Source: a virus. Taken from it: a DNA stretch of 64,000 bases. Where the stretch lies: the IMG/VR virus record IMGVR_UViG_3300032083_001576, positions 3,013 through 67,012 of that record. One strand, 5' to 3'. Below are positions 10,085-20,062 of this stretch, one piece after another. Positions within the stretch are counted from its first letter, which is position 1, and each line of letters starts with the position of its first letter. The position numbers were made by a program, and so were the translations under genes. The notes beneath the pieces were generated by a model. The model did not search any database, was not told the origin of the DNA, and was given only the letters and a program-made list of their open reading frames with translations.

Positions 10085-10757
10085 TTAAAAGTTCTCCTAA
10101 AGTATAATAGTTTAATTTATAACTTTTTTTTAAATATTCCAAGACATTTCTGAAATTTTCGTAATTATTTTTACTCCAAATATTATCATTCCAGTTACCA
10201 GCTATGTGAGATTGAAACATAAATACATTTCCGTTCCAAATACTTATAGAATCTGTTTTGTGTATTCCATCTTCACCTTCAAATGTTTTACAATCCCAAA
10301 CTAATCCATGATTATGCTCTTGATGAATAGCTGAATAGTCAAAATGTTTACCTAAAACTTTTACAGCGTTAGGATGAGCTAACCAACCTGGATTTCTCCA
10401 ACCACTTGGTTTTAATCCAACCTTTTCCCACTCCAACAAACAATCATTAATTCTTTGTAGTGCTTTTTCTTCTGTGTCTAATTCAAAAAATTCACACTCA
10501 CCAATACCATCTCTTTCACATTGATGATAATGTCCGTGAGCTGCTAACTCAACCCAATCTTTGTTTTTCCAAAACTCAACCCAATCCTTATGTTCTGATA
10601 GTGGATATTTTCTGTGATAATTTGATGGAATGAATAATGTAAACTTACAACCAAATTCCTCATTTAGTTTTTCTAAATAACTTACACACTCGTCACCTTC
10701 ACATCCCCAACCTTTTTCAGGATGTAAATCATCTATTGATATTGTTACATTATACAT
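10077..10757 (-). CDS. polysaccharide deacetylase-like protein (DUF2334-like)
   Basis: SIDD, AHGHYH, RNPGW NodB-type motifs. Confidence 0.75.
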   Translation of the reverse strand: MYNVTISIDDLHPEKGWGCEGDECVSYLEKLNEEFGCKFTLFIPSNYHRKYPLSEHKDWVEFWKNKDWVELAAHGHYHQCERDGIGECEFFELDTEEKALQRINDCLLEWEKVGLKPSGWRNPGWLAHPNAVKVLGKHFDYSAIHQEHNHGLVWDCKTFEGEDGIHKTDSISIWNGNVFMFQSHIAGNWNDNIWSKNNYENFRNVLEYLKKSYKLNYYTLGELLND

Positions 10758-11718
10758 TTTTTTCCAATATTTTTATATCATTACTAACCATTTTACCAAC
10801 CAAGTCTTCAAATGATGTTTTTGGTGTCCAATTTAAATTCGTTTGAGCTTTTGTTGAATCACCACGAAGAACATCAACCTCTGCAGGTCTCATAAATCTT
10901 GGGTCTTGTCCAACATAATTAGACCAATCGTCTATACCAATATGTTTGAAAGCTGCATCTAAAAACTCTCTAATGGAATGTGTTTCACCTGTTGATATAA
11001 CATAATCATCAGGTGTATCTTGTTGTAACATTAACCACATAGCTTCACAATAATCAGGAGCGTAACCCCAATCTCTTTTAGCTTCTAAATTACCTAACAT
11101 TATTTTATCTTGTAGTCCCAAGTGTATTCTAGCTATACCATCTGTAATCTTACGAGTCACAAATTCAATACCTCTTCGTTCTGATTCGTGATTAAACAAT
11201 ATACCACTACACGCAAACATATCATATGATTCTCTGTAATTTTTTGTAATCCAATGTCCATATAATTTTGCAACTCCATATGGTGAACGAGGATAAAAAG
11301 GTGTTGATTCTTTTGCTGGATTCTCCACCATTCTTCCAAACATCTCTGATGTAGAGGCTTGATAAAATCTAACCTCTTTACCATACTCTCTAATAGCTTC
11401 CAACATTCTTAACACACCTAAACCATTCACATCACCTGTTTGTTCTGGTGTGTTCCAACTTTCACCTACAAAAGACATAGCTCCTAAATTATATACTTCA
11501 TCAGGATTAGATTCTTTTAAACATCTTACTAATGAGTTTTGGTCTGTTAAATCACCATTTACGAATGTTATCTTTCCCTCAAGATGTGATGTATTGGTTC
11601 TGTTAGGTGATGAAGTTCTTCTCTCCATACCATAAACTTCATATCCTTTTTCTAATAGTAAATCAGCTAAGTGACTACCATCCATTCCATTTACACCTGT
11701 TATTAACGCTCTTTTCAT
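10750..11718 (-). CDS. gmd: GDP-mannose 4,6-dehydratase
   Basis: ITGVNGMDGSHLA, YQASTSEMFG, PRSPYGVAKLY, FNHES, FVTRKIT, RDWG, RPAEVD. Confidence 0.96.
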   Translation of the reverse strand: MKRALITGVNGMDGSHLADLLLEKGYEVYGMERRTSSPNRTNTSHLEGKITFVNGDLTDQNSLVRCLKESNPDEVYNLGAMSFVGESWNTPEQTGDVNGLGVLRMLEAIREYGKEVRFYQASTSEMFGRMVENPAKESTPFYPRSPYGVAKLYGHWITKNYRESYDMFACSGILFNHESERRGIEFVTRKITDGIARIHLGLQDKIMLGNLEAKRDWGYAPDYCEAMWLMLQQDTPDDYVISTGETHSIREFLDAAFKHIGIDDWSNYVGQDPRFMRPAEVDVLRGDSTKAQTNLNWTPKTSFEDLVGKMVSNDIKILEKNV

Positions 11719-12719
11719 TTTTTCTCCAATTCTTTTTTTAAATCAGAATACTCCCAAAACTTACCAGTCTTGTTATGTAAACTTTGAATATTTTGTTGTG
11801 ACATTGATTTCATAATACTAAATGCTGAATTTTTCTTATCATCAAATGAATTAGGATTGTTTTCATCTAATACATATAATCTTTTTTGTGGATGTCTTCT
11901 AGCGTGAACTTTCAATAAATTTTTACAAACAAATTGTAAAAAGTTTTGTCCACATAATTGTTGTGAAGATATTGCTAACCCCTCATCATCATTATAAAGT
12001 AGACAAGATGGAATATTAACACCTGATTTAATTAAATCAGAAGATATAACTAAACAAGAACCATCTATTTTTGGATAATTTATATAGTTAAAATCAAAGT
12101 CATCAACTTTTGAATTTATTTTATTCATCTCTTCAATAGATAAAACTGACTTAGCTTGTGTTTTATGTAGGTGATGATTTTCATCATCAATATACTCTAT
12201 GTTTTCATAGTCTTTATGAACTGTTGGATTCCAAGAGTCATCCCACATTTTTCTATCAGCAAAACACATTATATATCTGTGAATGTTTTGTTCATCTGTA
12301 TATTGAGATAGAGATTCTAAAGCTTGAAATGCTTCTTTTGGAAAGAAACTATCTGTTTCACCCCACATTACATAATCAACTTTTTTACAATAGTTGTAAT
12401 TTAAATCTCTTCTGTAATCCGTGTGGAAATAAAATCCATCTTCATCAGTGTGGACTTTACTCACTACGTTGAAACCCAATTCTTCTAAAGTTAAAATACC
12501 TTTATTAAATTTAGATAGTATATCAGATTCTGTCATTTTATCTGTATCTATTTTTTCTAAATGTTGAGACAAATTTAAAAATAAATCTATCGTAACATTT
12601 TCTTTATTTTCAACTGTTTCAAGTAAATTTACAAGACCATCAATAAAATCTTTATACATCTCTATTTCAAAAAACATCACATGTGTTCCAATCACATATT
12701 TTTTATTTAACTTAATCAT
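11715..12719 (-). CDS. putative glycosyltransferase (GT-A-like)
   Basis: WGETD DxD-like motif, context; start moved to ATG 12719 (GGAG SD). Confidence 0.55.
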   Translation of the reverse strand: MIKLNKKYVIGTHVMFFEIEMYKDFIDGLVNLLETVENKENVTIDLFLNLSQHLEKIDTDKMTESDILSKFNKGILTLEELGFNVVSKVHTDEDGFYFHTDYRRDLNYNYCKKVDYVMWGETDSFFPKEAFQALESLSQYTDEQNIHRYIMCFADRKMWDDSWNPTVHKDYENIEYIDDENHHLHKTQAKSVLSIEEMNKINSKVDDFDFNYINYPKIDGSCLVISSDLIKSGVNIPSCLLYNDDEGLAISSQQLCGQNFLQFVCKNLLKVHARRHPQKRLYVLDENNPNSFDDKKNSAFSIMKSMSQQNIQSLHNKTGKFWEYSDLKKELEKK

Positions 12720-14484
12720 TAATAATCTCCAAAATTTCATCTGCAGCATCAACACAAGTTCCTATTTTACCAGAAAATATATTATAAACATTGTCAACTA
12801 CATTTTCAACCAATGTAGGTCTAGCATCATCTTTATCTTTATTTGGCAATACAGTTCTAAACGTAAACATTGAACCAATATGTTTTGCTTTGTCTATGTC
12901 TTTTAAAAATGTTTTAGCTGAATTGATAAACTTATCAATATTTGTTGTTGATGGATTTTTGACAATCCCTTTGTTTAATAAACTGTTAAACTTTGAATCA
13001 CAATCTGGAAACTTACCAACATTAGTAGAATGTATAGCATGAACAACATTACCCATAACGTGTAAGCCTGAATCTCCTAATGGGTCTATACACATAAAAG
13101 GTCCATCCATTATGACCACACTTTTATTTTTATATTTTTTTGGTAACTTAACAACTGGTTTCTCACATAACTCAAATTGATAATCTTTCTGTTTATCCTC
13201 TGGTAGTAAATGATTTAGGTTTGAATATGTGGCGTTTATTATATAGTCATCCTCTAAATTCCAGCCATCACTATTCAGAATAACATTTACATTATATTCA
13301 TTTAATTTATCCCAACAAATTTGTTTTAACTTAATCGGGTCAAATAATAATTCTTTTACTTTTACCTCTAAATCTACAACATTCTTACACATAAAGTCAA
13401 GCTTTTTCTCTTTATAGAACAAATTCATATCTCTCATAAATTCTATGTATTGTTTTGATGTAACCAAACTATCTTTTTTAGCTATACAATAGTAATGTTC
13501 AATGTCTCCATTTACAATAGCACCACCATATTCTTTTATAAAACTCGTTTCTCCCCATTGTGATTGTCTTGCAGTTTCTTTACTTCGTGGATAATGATAA
13601 CCTCTATGTAATCTATATTGATTTATGTTAGAAGCTTGACTTATTATGTCTTCATTTTTCTCGTGTAAAGTTACATCATATCCTGCTTTAGCTAGTTTCC
13701 AAGCTGTCGTGCAACCAAATACACCTCCACCAATCACAGAGACTTTTTTAAATAATTTTTTATTCAGTATATCTATAAAATCATTCGTGTATAAAGTTAT
13801 CTCTTTATTGTATTCAAAATCTACATCGTGGTTAAAGACCTTTTGTAACATTTCTTGTAATGGGTCATCAGTCCCGTCTCCCATCAAACTAACGCCGTTT
13901 ATGTGATGGGTTCTTTCACCATCATAGTTAGTATCATAACAAAACTCTATGCCAATATCATTAAACTCTATTTTGAATTGTAGTTTTTTCTCTACATCAA
14001 TTGGTGTTATTTTTTCAATCTCTGAATTTTTTATGTGTGGATATAAATAATATATATCGTGATAAGTTAATCTGTAAAGTAAGTCTTTATTTGTGTAATA
14101 CGAATGATTAAAGTTGTCTTTCTTTTTTCTTTCTATAAGATTTTCTTCCATTAAATCCCATTGAACTTCTCTCCAATTCTGAACATCATCCACATACAAC
14201 TTAACATTTCTCATATCAGCTATATCATAAAGTTTTTCTGATTGTTCTCGTGTTAGAGTAAGTGGTTTTTCACAAAATACATTTTTACCAAACCATAAAC
14301 ATTTTTTAACTATTTCGTAATGAGTTTCGTTTGGTGTTGAAACAACAACCCAATCTACATCATCGAGTTTTGATATGTAATCGTCTTTACTTCTACAAGT
14401 AAACTTAACATCACAGAATTTTTCAAGCTTTGTATAAATTATCTTACCCCAAGTTCCGTAACCTATTAATCCTACTTTAATCAA
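12712..14484 (-). CDS. Gfo/Idh/MocA oxidoreductase fused to FAD-dependent oxidoreductase
   Basis: N-terminal GYGTWG...STPNETH...FCEKP; second Rossmann IGGGVFG, RLHRGYHYPRS, FSGKI. Confidence 0.85.
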   Translation of the reverse strand: MIKVGLIGYGTWGKIIYTKLEKFCDVKFTCRSKDDYISKLDDVDWVVVSTPNETHYEIVKKCLWFGKNVFCEKPLTLTREQSEKLYDIADMRNVKLYVDDVQNWREVQWDLMEENLIERKKKDNFNHSYYTNKDLLYRLTYHDIYYLYPHIKNSEIEKITPIDVEKKLQFKIEFNDIGIEFCYDTNYDGERTHHINGVSLMGDGTDDPLQEMLQKVFNHDVDFEYNKEITLYTNDFIDILNKKLFKKVSVIGGGVFGCTTAWKLAKAGYDVTLHEKNEDIISQASNINQYRLHRGYHYPRSKETARQSQWGETSFIKEYGGAIVNGDIEHYYCIAKKDSLVTSKQYIEFMRDMNLFYKEKKLDFMCKNVVDLEVKVKELLFDPIKLKQICWDKLNEYNVNVILNSDGWNLEDDYIINATYSNLNHLLPEDKQKDYQFELCEKPVVKLPKKYKNKSVVIMDGPFMCIDPLGDSGLHVMGNVVHAIHSTNVGKFPDCDSKFNSLLNKGIVKNPSTTNIDKFINSAKTFLKDIDKAKHIGSMFTFRTVLPNKDKDDARPTLVENVVDNVYNIFSGKIGTCVDAADEILEIIND

Positions 14485-15226
14485 CTAACTCTCCATAAAA
14501 ATGTTCATATGTTTTTTTCATCCAGTAAGGCACTGATTTATCCTTATCAGGTAAACCATTAAAATGAAACACATAACCTAATTCAGTAAATAACATATCA
14601 TCATTAATAATTTCTTTTTTAGGCATACAAGTCATATTATACTCGTATGATAATAATTTAATATCAATATCGTGTCTTCTTAACATAAAATTAAGTGGTG
14701 TCTGGTCTGTGCCTATACCCCAATTACTTTGAATACTTTGAATATTATCCTTATTTTCAAAATAGAACTTTCGCATTTCATCAAAAAAAGGTCTGTGTTT
14801 TTTATTTACAATTTGGAATCCACTATTTCCATATTCCCAAAAATTAAACCATTCTCCATCAAATACATATTTTTTATAATGTTCCATTCCTCTTAAAACC
14901 CAATCATAACTTCCATCATCGTGTACTAAACAATATTTATCTTCTGTTTCTTTAAAGAAGTTTGGTGCGTCTGGATGAATTATTGTATCTGCGTCAACCA
15001 TTAATATTTGATTGTACTTTATCTCATTGTGGTCTAACATATCAAATAAAAAATATCTTTGCCATATAATGTGCATATCATTCATATCTGTGACTGGTTC
15101 TTCCATAAGAAATAGTTCAACATCATTTTTGTTACACCAATGTTTCCAAGATTTTATAGAATATTCATATTCTTTTTTTGATTGTCCATCTTTTTTTACT
15201 GCTATTATAAAAACTAAATCTTTCAT
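14477..15226 (-). CDS. glycosyltransferase (GT8/GT34-like)
   Basis: VDAD DxD, NSGF, DQTPLN, HFNG. Confidence 0.8.
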   Translation of the reverse strand: MKDLVFIIAVKKDGQSKKEYEYSIKSWKHWCNKNDVELFLMEEPVTDMNDMHIIWQRYFLFDMLDHNEIKYNQILMVDADTIIHPDAPNFFKETEDKYCLVHDDGSYDWVLRGMEHYKKYVFDGEWFNFWEYGNSGFQIVNKKHRPFFDEMRKFYFENKDNIQSIQSNWGIGTDQTPLNFMLRRHDIDIKLLSYEYNMTCMPKKEIINDDMLFTELGYVFHFNGLPDKDKSVPYWMKKTYEHFYGELVD

Positions 15227-15234
15227 AAATCTCC

Positions 15235-16593
15235 TTATTGTAGATTACAAACACAACCTTCGTTGTCTGTAAATTTTTTACCTGTGGTAACTATATTTTC
15301 TGGTGACTCTCCTATAAATTTGTTTATCTTCAATACTCCTTCATTGACTTTTTCATCTATAGCAGCTTTAACTTCACCCGGAGGTAATCCATAATCATCA
15401 AAAATAAATTCAACATCAGGCCACATTTTTAAAGCATTTTCTATATCTTGTTTAACTTGATAATATTCGTGGCCAGCGTCAATGAAAACGACATCAACTT
15501 TAGAAGGTAAAAAATCTTCCCATTTGTCAGCACAATATGTTCCTGAACCATCAGAATAATCATAAAGATTAGCTTTAATAAATTCAACATTGTCACAATC
15601 TTTACAATGATTTTTAGCTGTATCTAAATGCCATTTATCAACAGCATAAACTTTTTTAAATATTTTACTTAAATACTTCGTTGAATTACCTTGATGACAA
15701 CCTATCTCAACTAGAGTTTTATTTTTATATTTATCATTTAAAAATATATCAAGTATATCTGTTTTAAATTTCACAGATGTTGCATTTTTATTTTGATGTC
15801 TATGTTGAGTCAAACTTAATATGTCATCATATTTTGTATAGTCATAATTCTTACCTACCATATTCCAAGTATCTCTCATTATTTTAATTCTGTCCTCAAT
15901 ACTAAATCCTGTGAAATGCCATATATTAGTGTATTTAATAAAGAAAGGTGTTTTGTCTTCTCCATCTTGCCAATTATGTGAAAACATTTCCTTTCTGTGC
16001 ATATGTAACATATTCCATGTTACAGGTAATTCTTTTACTTTTATATTTTGTTTTTTTAACTGAAAGTTTAAAATAGTTTGAACTTTACCACCACCCATTT
16101 TTGCTACACCATCAATGTTGTCTTTGTTATTTTCATAAAGTTTAATTAGTTCATCAAATATACTTTTATGGTCTTTTGTAAAAAAATAAACTCCAGAGTT
16201 ATAATAATCATAAATACTCAGTTTCTGATTAGGATAAAATTGCTGAAAAATATTTATACTATTCACATTCCATCTAAGATTACCATTGTCCTTTACCCAA
16301 CAAAATTCATCATCATATAATTCAAATGGATTAGGAGCATTCCAATGAACCATTGTATCACTATCTACATAACCAAGTTTATCATATTTATCTCCTACTA
16401 TCTCAAAAATAATATCTTTATTCCAAACAGGGTACTTATATCTTTCATTGTGTTTATCGATAACAAGAAAATCAATATCATTTTTTTTACACCAAGCACT
16501 CCAAGATTTTATACAATAATCAGAATACAATGTATTTTGAAACTCTGAAGTATTGTGATTTATAGCTGTAGTGAATATTAAATTTTTGTTCAT
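15235..16593 (-). CDS. glycosyltransferase (GT8-like) fused to class I SAM methyltransferase
   Basis: VDSD, NSGV, HFTG; then EIGCHQG, FIDAGH, FDDY. Confidence 0.85.
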   Translation of the reverse strand: MNKNLIFTTAINHNTSEFQNTLYSDYCIKSWSAWCKKNDIDFLVIDKHNERYKYPVWNKDIIFEIVGDKYDKLGYVDSDTMVHWNAPNPFELYDDEFCWVKDNGNLRWNVNSINIFQQFYPNQKLSIYDYYNSGVYFFTKDHKSIFDELIKLYENNKDNIDGVAKMGGGKVQTILNFQLKKQNIKVKELPVTWNMLHMHRKEMFSHNWQDGEDKTPFFIKYTNIWHFTGFSIEDRIKIMRDTWNMVGKNYDYTKYDDILSLTQHRHQNKNATSVKFKTDILDIFLNDKYKNKTLVEIGCHQGNSTKYLSKIFKKVYAVDKWHLDTAKNHCKDCDNVEFIKANLYDYSDGSGTYCADKWEDFLPSKVDVVFIDAGHEYYQVKQDIENALKMWPDVEFIFDDYGLPPGEVKAAIDEKVNEGVLKINKFIGESPENIVTTGKKFTDNEGCVCNLQ

Positions 16594-16671
16594 TTATATA
16601 CTCTCATAAAATTTATTTTGTTTTTTATCTTTTGGTGTTACTGATGGTATTACTACTATTGGTTTACTCAT
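16594..16671 (-). CDS. chimeric mini-ORF / gene remnant MSKPIVVIPSVTPKDKKQNKFYESI (25 aa)
   Basis: GAGGT SD, ATG overlaps end of upstream gene, TAA abuts next ATG; C-terminus resembles the end of GT 18495..19115. Confidence 0.65.
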   Translation of the reverse strand: MSKPIVVIPSVTPKDKKQNKFYESI

Positions 16672-17800
16672 CACTTACCTCTACATTTTTTAAATTTTTA
16701 AACATTTCATACCAATGTAAACATAACTTATCAGAATTATATTGTTCTCTAAATTTGTTTCTAAAGTTATTTACAATATAAGAATATTTTTCGAAATTTC
16801 CAAGCACTTTTTGAATTTTTTCTTCCAAATCAGACCCATCATATTTACAAGCTATATAGGTTTCACCATCATTGTAAATATTTGGACTAGTATTTATCAT
16901 CGACATATCAGGTTTTATCATTAAAGCACCAAATTGAATAGCCTCAATGTCTCTGTAACAAATTTCACCTTGACCAAATGGTGAAAGTATAATTTTTGAA
17001 TTATACAGATTATTTAAATATTCAATTCGTTCTAAATATCCTGTTGTTACATTATAATTTAATTTATTTACTATATTACTAAAATCTTTTCTATGTTTCA
17101 TATAAAGTAAATCATTTCTAACACCGTGTTCATAACATGCAGAAATTTCTGATAAACATAGAGCTGTAACATCAATATTCTTATTTAAATTTGATGGTAG
17201 AAAACGATGTTGATGACCTTCATATACATGATATTGAGGATAAACATTATTCCACTGGTAGAACTTAGACATATAGGTATATCCAAGATTCACACCTGAC
17301 AATTTAATCTTATCCCATTTGTCTTGGGGGATGTCATAAGATTTTCCTAAATTATCGTCAACACCAAAAAACCATTTACCAGCGATATAAGGTTTATTGT
17401 AGTCTTGTTTATTATTTAACAATTGATTTTTTAACAGATATACTGCATCACTTTGTTCAAATACTTCATAACTACCAAATAGTGATGTTGAATCAAAACC
17501 ATCCCATAAAAAATAATTACCACCCTCTGTAATTTTATACAAGTTTTCTAATCCCCAATCTACACTTTCTTGTAATGGTTTATTTTTGTCGACAAAATCT
17601 GAAGGACCAACAATTATATAATCATAATCAGAAGTTTCAGCTTTTTTTCTTTCACCATATGGGATTATACCATGTTCCTCATCATGAAACAATAATTCTA
17701 TTCCATAATCAGAACGAAGTTTATGATACAAAGAGAAAAGTGGTTCAAAAGTATCCATATTTCTACCCTTTTGAAAATTTAATAATTTAACTTTAATCAT
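16664..17800 (-). CDS. putative glycosyltransferase (GT-B, YkvP/CgeB-like C-terminus)
   Basis: SKIILSPFGQGEICYRDIEAIQFGALMIKP motif. Confidence 0.75.
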   Translation of the reverse strand: MIKVKLLNFQKGRNMDTFEPLFSLYHKLRSDYGIELLFHDEEHGIIPYGERKKAETSDYDYIIVGPSDFVDKNKPLQESVDWGLENLYKITEGGNYFLWDGFDSTSLFGSYEVFEQSDAVYLLKNQLLNNKQDYNKPYIAGKWFFGVDDNLGKSYDIPQDKWDKIKLSGVNLGYTYMSKFYQWNNVYPQYHVYEGHQHRFLPSNLNKNIDVTALCLSEISACYEHGVRNDLLYMKHRKDFSNIVNKLNYNVTTGYLERIEYLNNLYNSKIILSPFGQGEICYRDIEAIQFGALMIKPDMSMINTSPNIYNDGETYIACKYDGSDLEEKIQKVLGNFEKYSYIVNNFRNKFREQYNSDKLCLHWYEMFKNLKNVEVSDE

Positions 17801-17883
17801 ATGGTATCGTAGAAATCATTTTGTTTTTCTTGTCTATCTGATGTTGTCAATATTACAATATCATAATTTAATTTTTCTGACAT
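17797..17883 (-). CDS. chimeric mini-ORF / gene remnant MSEKLNYDIVILTTSDRQEKQNDFYDTI (28 aa)
   Basis: GGAGG SD, overlaps upstream stop, TGA overlaps next ATG; last 13 aa match end of GT 18495..19115. Confidence 0.72.
   Translation of the reverse strand: MSEKLNYDIVILTTSDRQEKQNDFYDTI
17816..17839. repeat. 24-bp direct repeat, copy 2 (tcattttgtttttcttgtctatct)
   Basis: Identical to 18514..18537. Confidence 0.95.
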
Positions 17884-18473
17884 ATTATACCCTCCCAATC
17901 AAGTAATTTTTTTCCAACACCAACTCGTGGTTCGTTACCTTTAGGTTCTCCTATATACTTAATTACTTTTAATTTACCATTATTTATATATTCATCAATA
18001 CCTAATTTAACCTCTGGAATTAAACCATAATCATCAAATATTAAAACAACATCATCAGTTCCCTTTTCAAATGAGGTATTTATATCCATAATTACATGTT
18101 GTTTGTCATGTACAGCATCAATTAAAAATACATCATATTTCTCTACATTGCCATCACCATTCCACCAATTGTTTGAACTAATAATCTCTTTAGCATAAAT
18201 ATCTTTATTTTGATACTCTATATTATCTCTATCTTTATTTAAATTTTTAGCATAAGTTATTAAGTCATCATCTATATCCACTGTCTTAACTTTTTCAAAC
18301 AAAAAACTTAAAATACGGGTTGTGTATCCCCTAGATGTGCCAATCTCAAAACATTTTTTATCTAAATATTTATCACCACAAAAATTTATTATATCTTTTT
18401 TCATTACTAACGATGTTGTGTTTTTGTCTTGTCTTTTGTCAGGTATATTTTTTAATATAAAATCTATATCCAT
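17868..18473 (-). CDS. class I SAM-dependent methyltransferase
   Basis: EIGTSRG, LIDAVH, FDDYG; paralogous to the C-terminal domain of 15235..16593. Confidence 0.85.
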   Translation of the reverse strand: MDIDFILKNIPDKRQDKNTTSLVMKKDIINFCGDKYLDKKCFEIGTSRGYTTRILSFLFEKVKTVDIDDDLITYAKNLNKDRDNIEYQNKDIYAKEIISSNNWWNGDGNVEKYDVFLIDAVHDKQHVIMDINTSFEKGTDDVVLIFDDYGLIPEVKLGIDEYINNGKLKVIKYIGEPKGNEPRVGVGKKLLDWEGIICQKN

Positions 18474-18494
18474 TATAACCTCCTGTTTTGTTTT

Positions 18495-19115
18495 TTATAT
18501 TGTGTTATAAAACTCATTTTGTTTTTCTTGTCTATCTATTGTCTTCGGGTGATAGAACGAAAATTGTTCCTCTGCTGGTAAAAACGTATGTTCTTTATAT
18601 CCTGTTAATACTTCGTGTACTTTATTTTTCCACATAATGTTAGGTCGATTTCTCCAAATCCTACCTTGATAATCAGGAAAGTTTACCCAACCTTTTTCGT
18701 TCACATTCCAACCCCATTTATTAATATGTTCTTGTGTGATACCATCAACTGTGTTAACTCGTGGCACCCAATATAAATCTACTGTGGGATTTGATTGTAA
18801 TATTGGTTTAATGTTTTTTATTAATTGTTTGTGTGGTAATTCATCTGCATCAAGATTAAAAATGTAATCACCCGTGCACATATTTTTTAAATAATTTTTT
18901 TGTCCACCATAATCTTTTAACAAATGTCTTTGTTCAAAAATCATTTCGTGCATTGATGTCATTACATCTAATATCTCAATTGTTTTAGGATTGTCTGAAT
19001 AATCATCAAGAATTACTATCTCATCTTCTTCGTCTTTGTGTTTGACTAAAAACTCTAATAACTTTAGTAATGAATCATCTTCATTATGAGTCAATATACT
19101 ATAACTTATTTTCAT
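18495..19115 (-). CDS. glycosyltransferase family 2 (anchor gene of the variable island)
   Basis: LDDYS, LDADE DxD, PDYQGRI, VHE. Confidence 0.9.
   Translation of the reverse strand: MKISYSILTHNEDDSLLKLLEFLVKHKDEEDEIVILDDYSDNPKTIEILDVMTSMHEMIFEQRHLLKDYGGQKNYLKNMCTGDYIFNLDADELPHKQLIKNIKPILQSNPTVDLYWVPRVNTVDGITQEHINKWGWNVNEKGWVNFPDYQGRIWRNRPNIMWKNKVHEVLTGYKEHTFLPAEEQFSFYHPKTIDRQEKQNEFYNTI
18514..18537. repeat. 24-bp direct repeat, copy 1 (inside 3' end of GT2)
   Basis: Identical to 17816..17839; degenerate third copy at about 16594..16638. Confidence 0.95.
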
Positions 19116-19598
19116 TTATAACCCTTTGTAAATTTCTTTTAAAGCTTTTGATTGGAAGTTCCATTTAATTTGTTTTGCTGATTTTACTCTTGTGTATTTG
19201 TAAGTCCTCCAACAATCAAATCTATTCAACACTTTAGCTTTAATAATTGGTTTATAAACTAAATTTGGTCTTATACCAGCGTCTTCTTCCTCATATATAT
19301 TCATCTTTGGAAATTTACTTTGTTTATCTAATTCCCAACCAGTTTTAGTTCCCATAGCTTGAAAAAACTTTTCAACTTCTGTGTGTGGCATATGATTAAG
19401 ATTAAGTCCGTGAAAAAGTTTTTTGTCTCTTGTACCATATTCATCAGTATCCACAACAAAAACTAAAGGTATGGATTTATCATTGTTTCTATCTCTATAT
19501 TGAAATTCAATAATCATTCCACTCTTAATATTCATTGGTGATATTGACTTCTTATCATTTCTACCTGAGTAAAATCTTCTATGTCTTGAATTTCTCAT
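19116..19598 (-). CDS. possible T4 gp2-like DNA end protector
   Basis: F-x-Y...PLVF...FHGLNLNHMP resembles gp2 GLNLHYLP motif. Confidence 0.45.
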   Translation of the reverse strand: MRNSRHRRFYSGRNDKKSISPMNIKSGMIIEFQYRDRNNDKSIPLVFVVDTDEYGTRDKKLFHGLNLNHMPHTEVEKFFQAMGTKTGWELDKQSKFPKMNIYEEEDAGIRPNLVYKPIIKAKVLNRFDCWRTYKYTRVKSAKQIKWNFQSKALKEIYKGL

Positions 19599-20062
19599 TA
19601 TTTATTTTTTTCTTTTAGAATTTTATTAATTGTTGTCATGCCTTCAATAAATAAATCATAAACAACAGCGTTATCTGTATCTATTTTTCTCTCGTAAAAT
19701 CCACCTTGTTCATTGGGAAAGTTTTCCCTTTCTTCCTCTGGTATGTCAACCATTGGTGCGAACGCCCATTTCATAACTTTATCTTCTTTATCATTTGGAA
19801 CTGTAATATTCACAGGATACAACATACCAATTGGTAATGTGATTATACTTGGAATCCAAACTTTACCATTTGATTCAACGGCCCAATTCTTCATATCTTC
19901 ACCAAGTTTTTGGAACTCTTCATTTGTTTCTTTCGTACCTGTGAATTTGGTTGATGTTGTATAACCACAATTGATACACTGCATCACTTGTGCTTTTTCT
20001 GTTCCTGCAACGTGTAAAGCTCTTTCTTCACATAAGGGACAATTACTTATTATGTCTTTCAT
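19598..20062 (-). CDS. zinc-ribbon hypothetical protein
   Basis: CPLC...CINCG. Confidence 0.7.
   Translation of the reverse strand: MKDIISNCPLCEERALHVAGTEKAQVMQCINCGYTTSTKFTGTKETNEEFQKLGEDMKNWAVESNGKVWIPSIITLPIGMLYPVNITVPNDKEDKVMKWAFAPMVDIPEEERENFPNEQGGFYERKIDTDNAVVYDLFIEGMTTINKILKEKNK

Noticed and set aside
16594-18537. CRISPR array or IS target-site duplication reading of the 24-bp repeats
   Set aside because: Only two exact copies about 700 bp apart, separated by a whole gene; no regular spacers, terminal inverted repeats or transposase.
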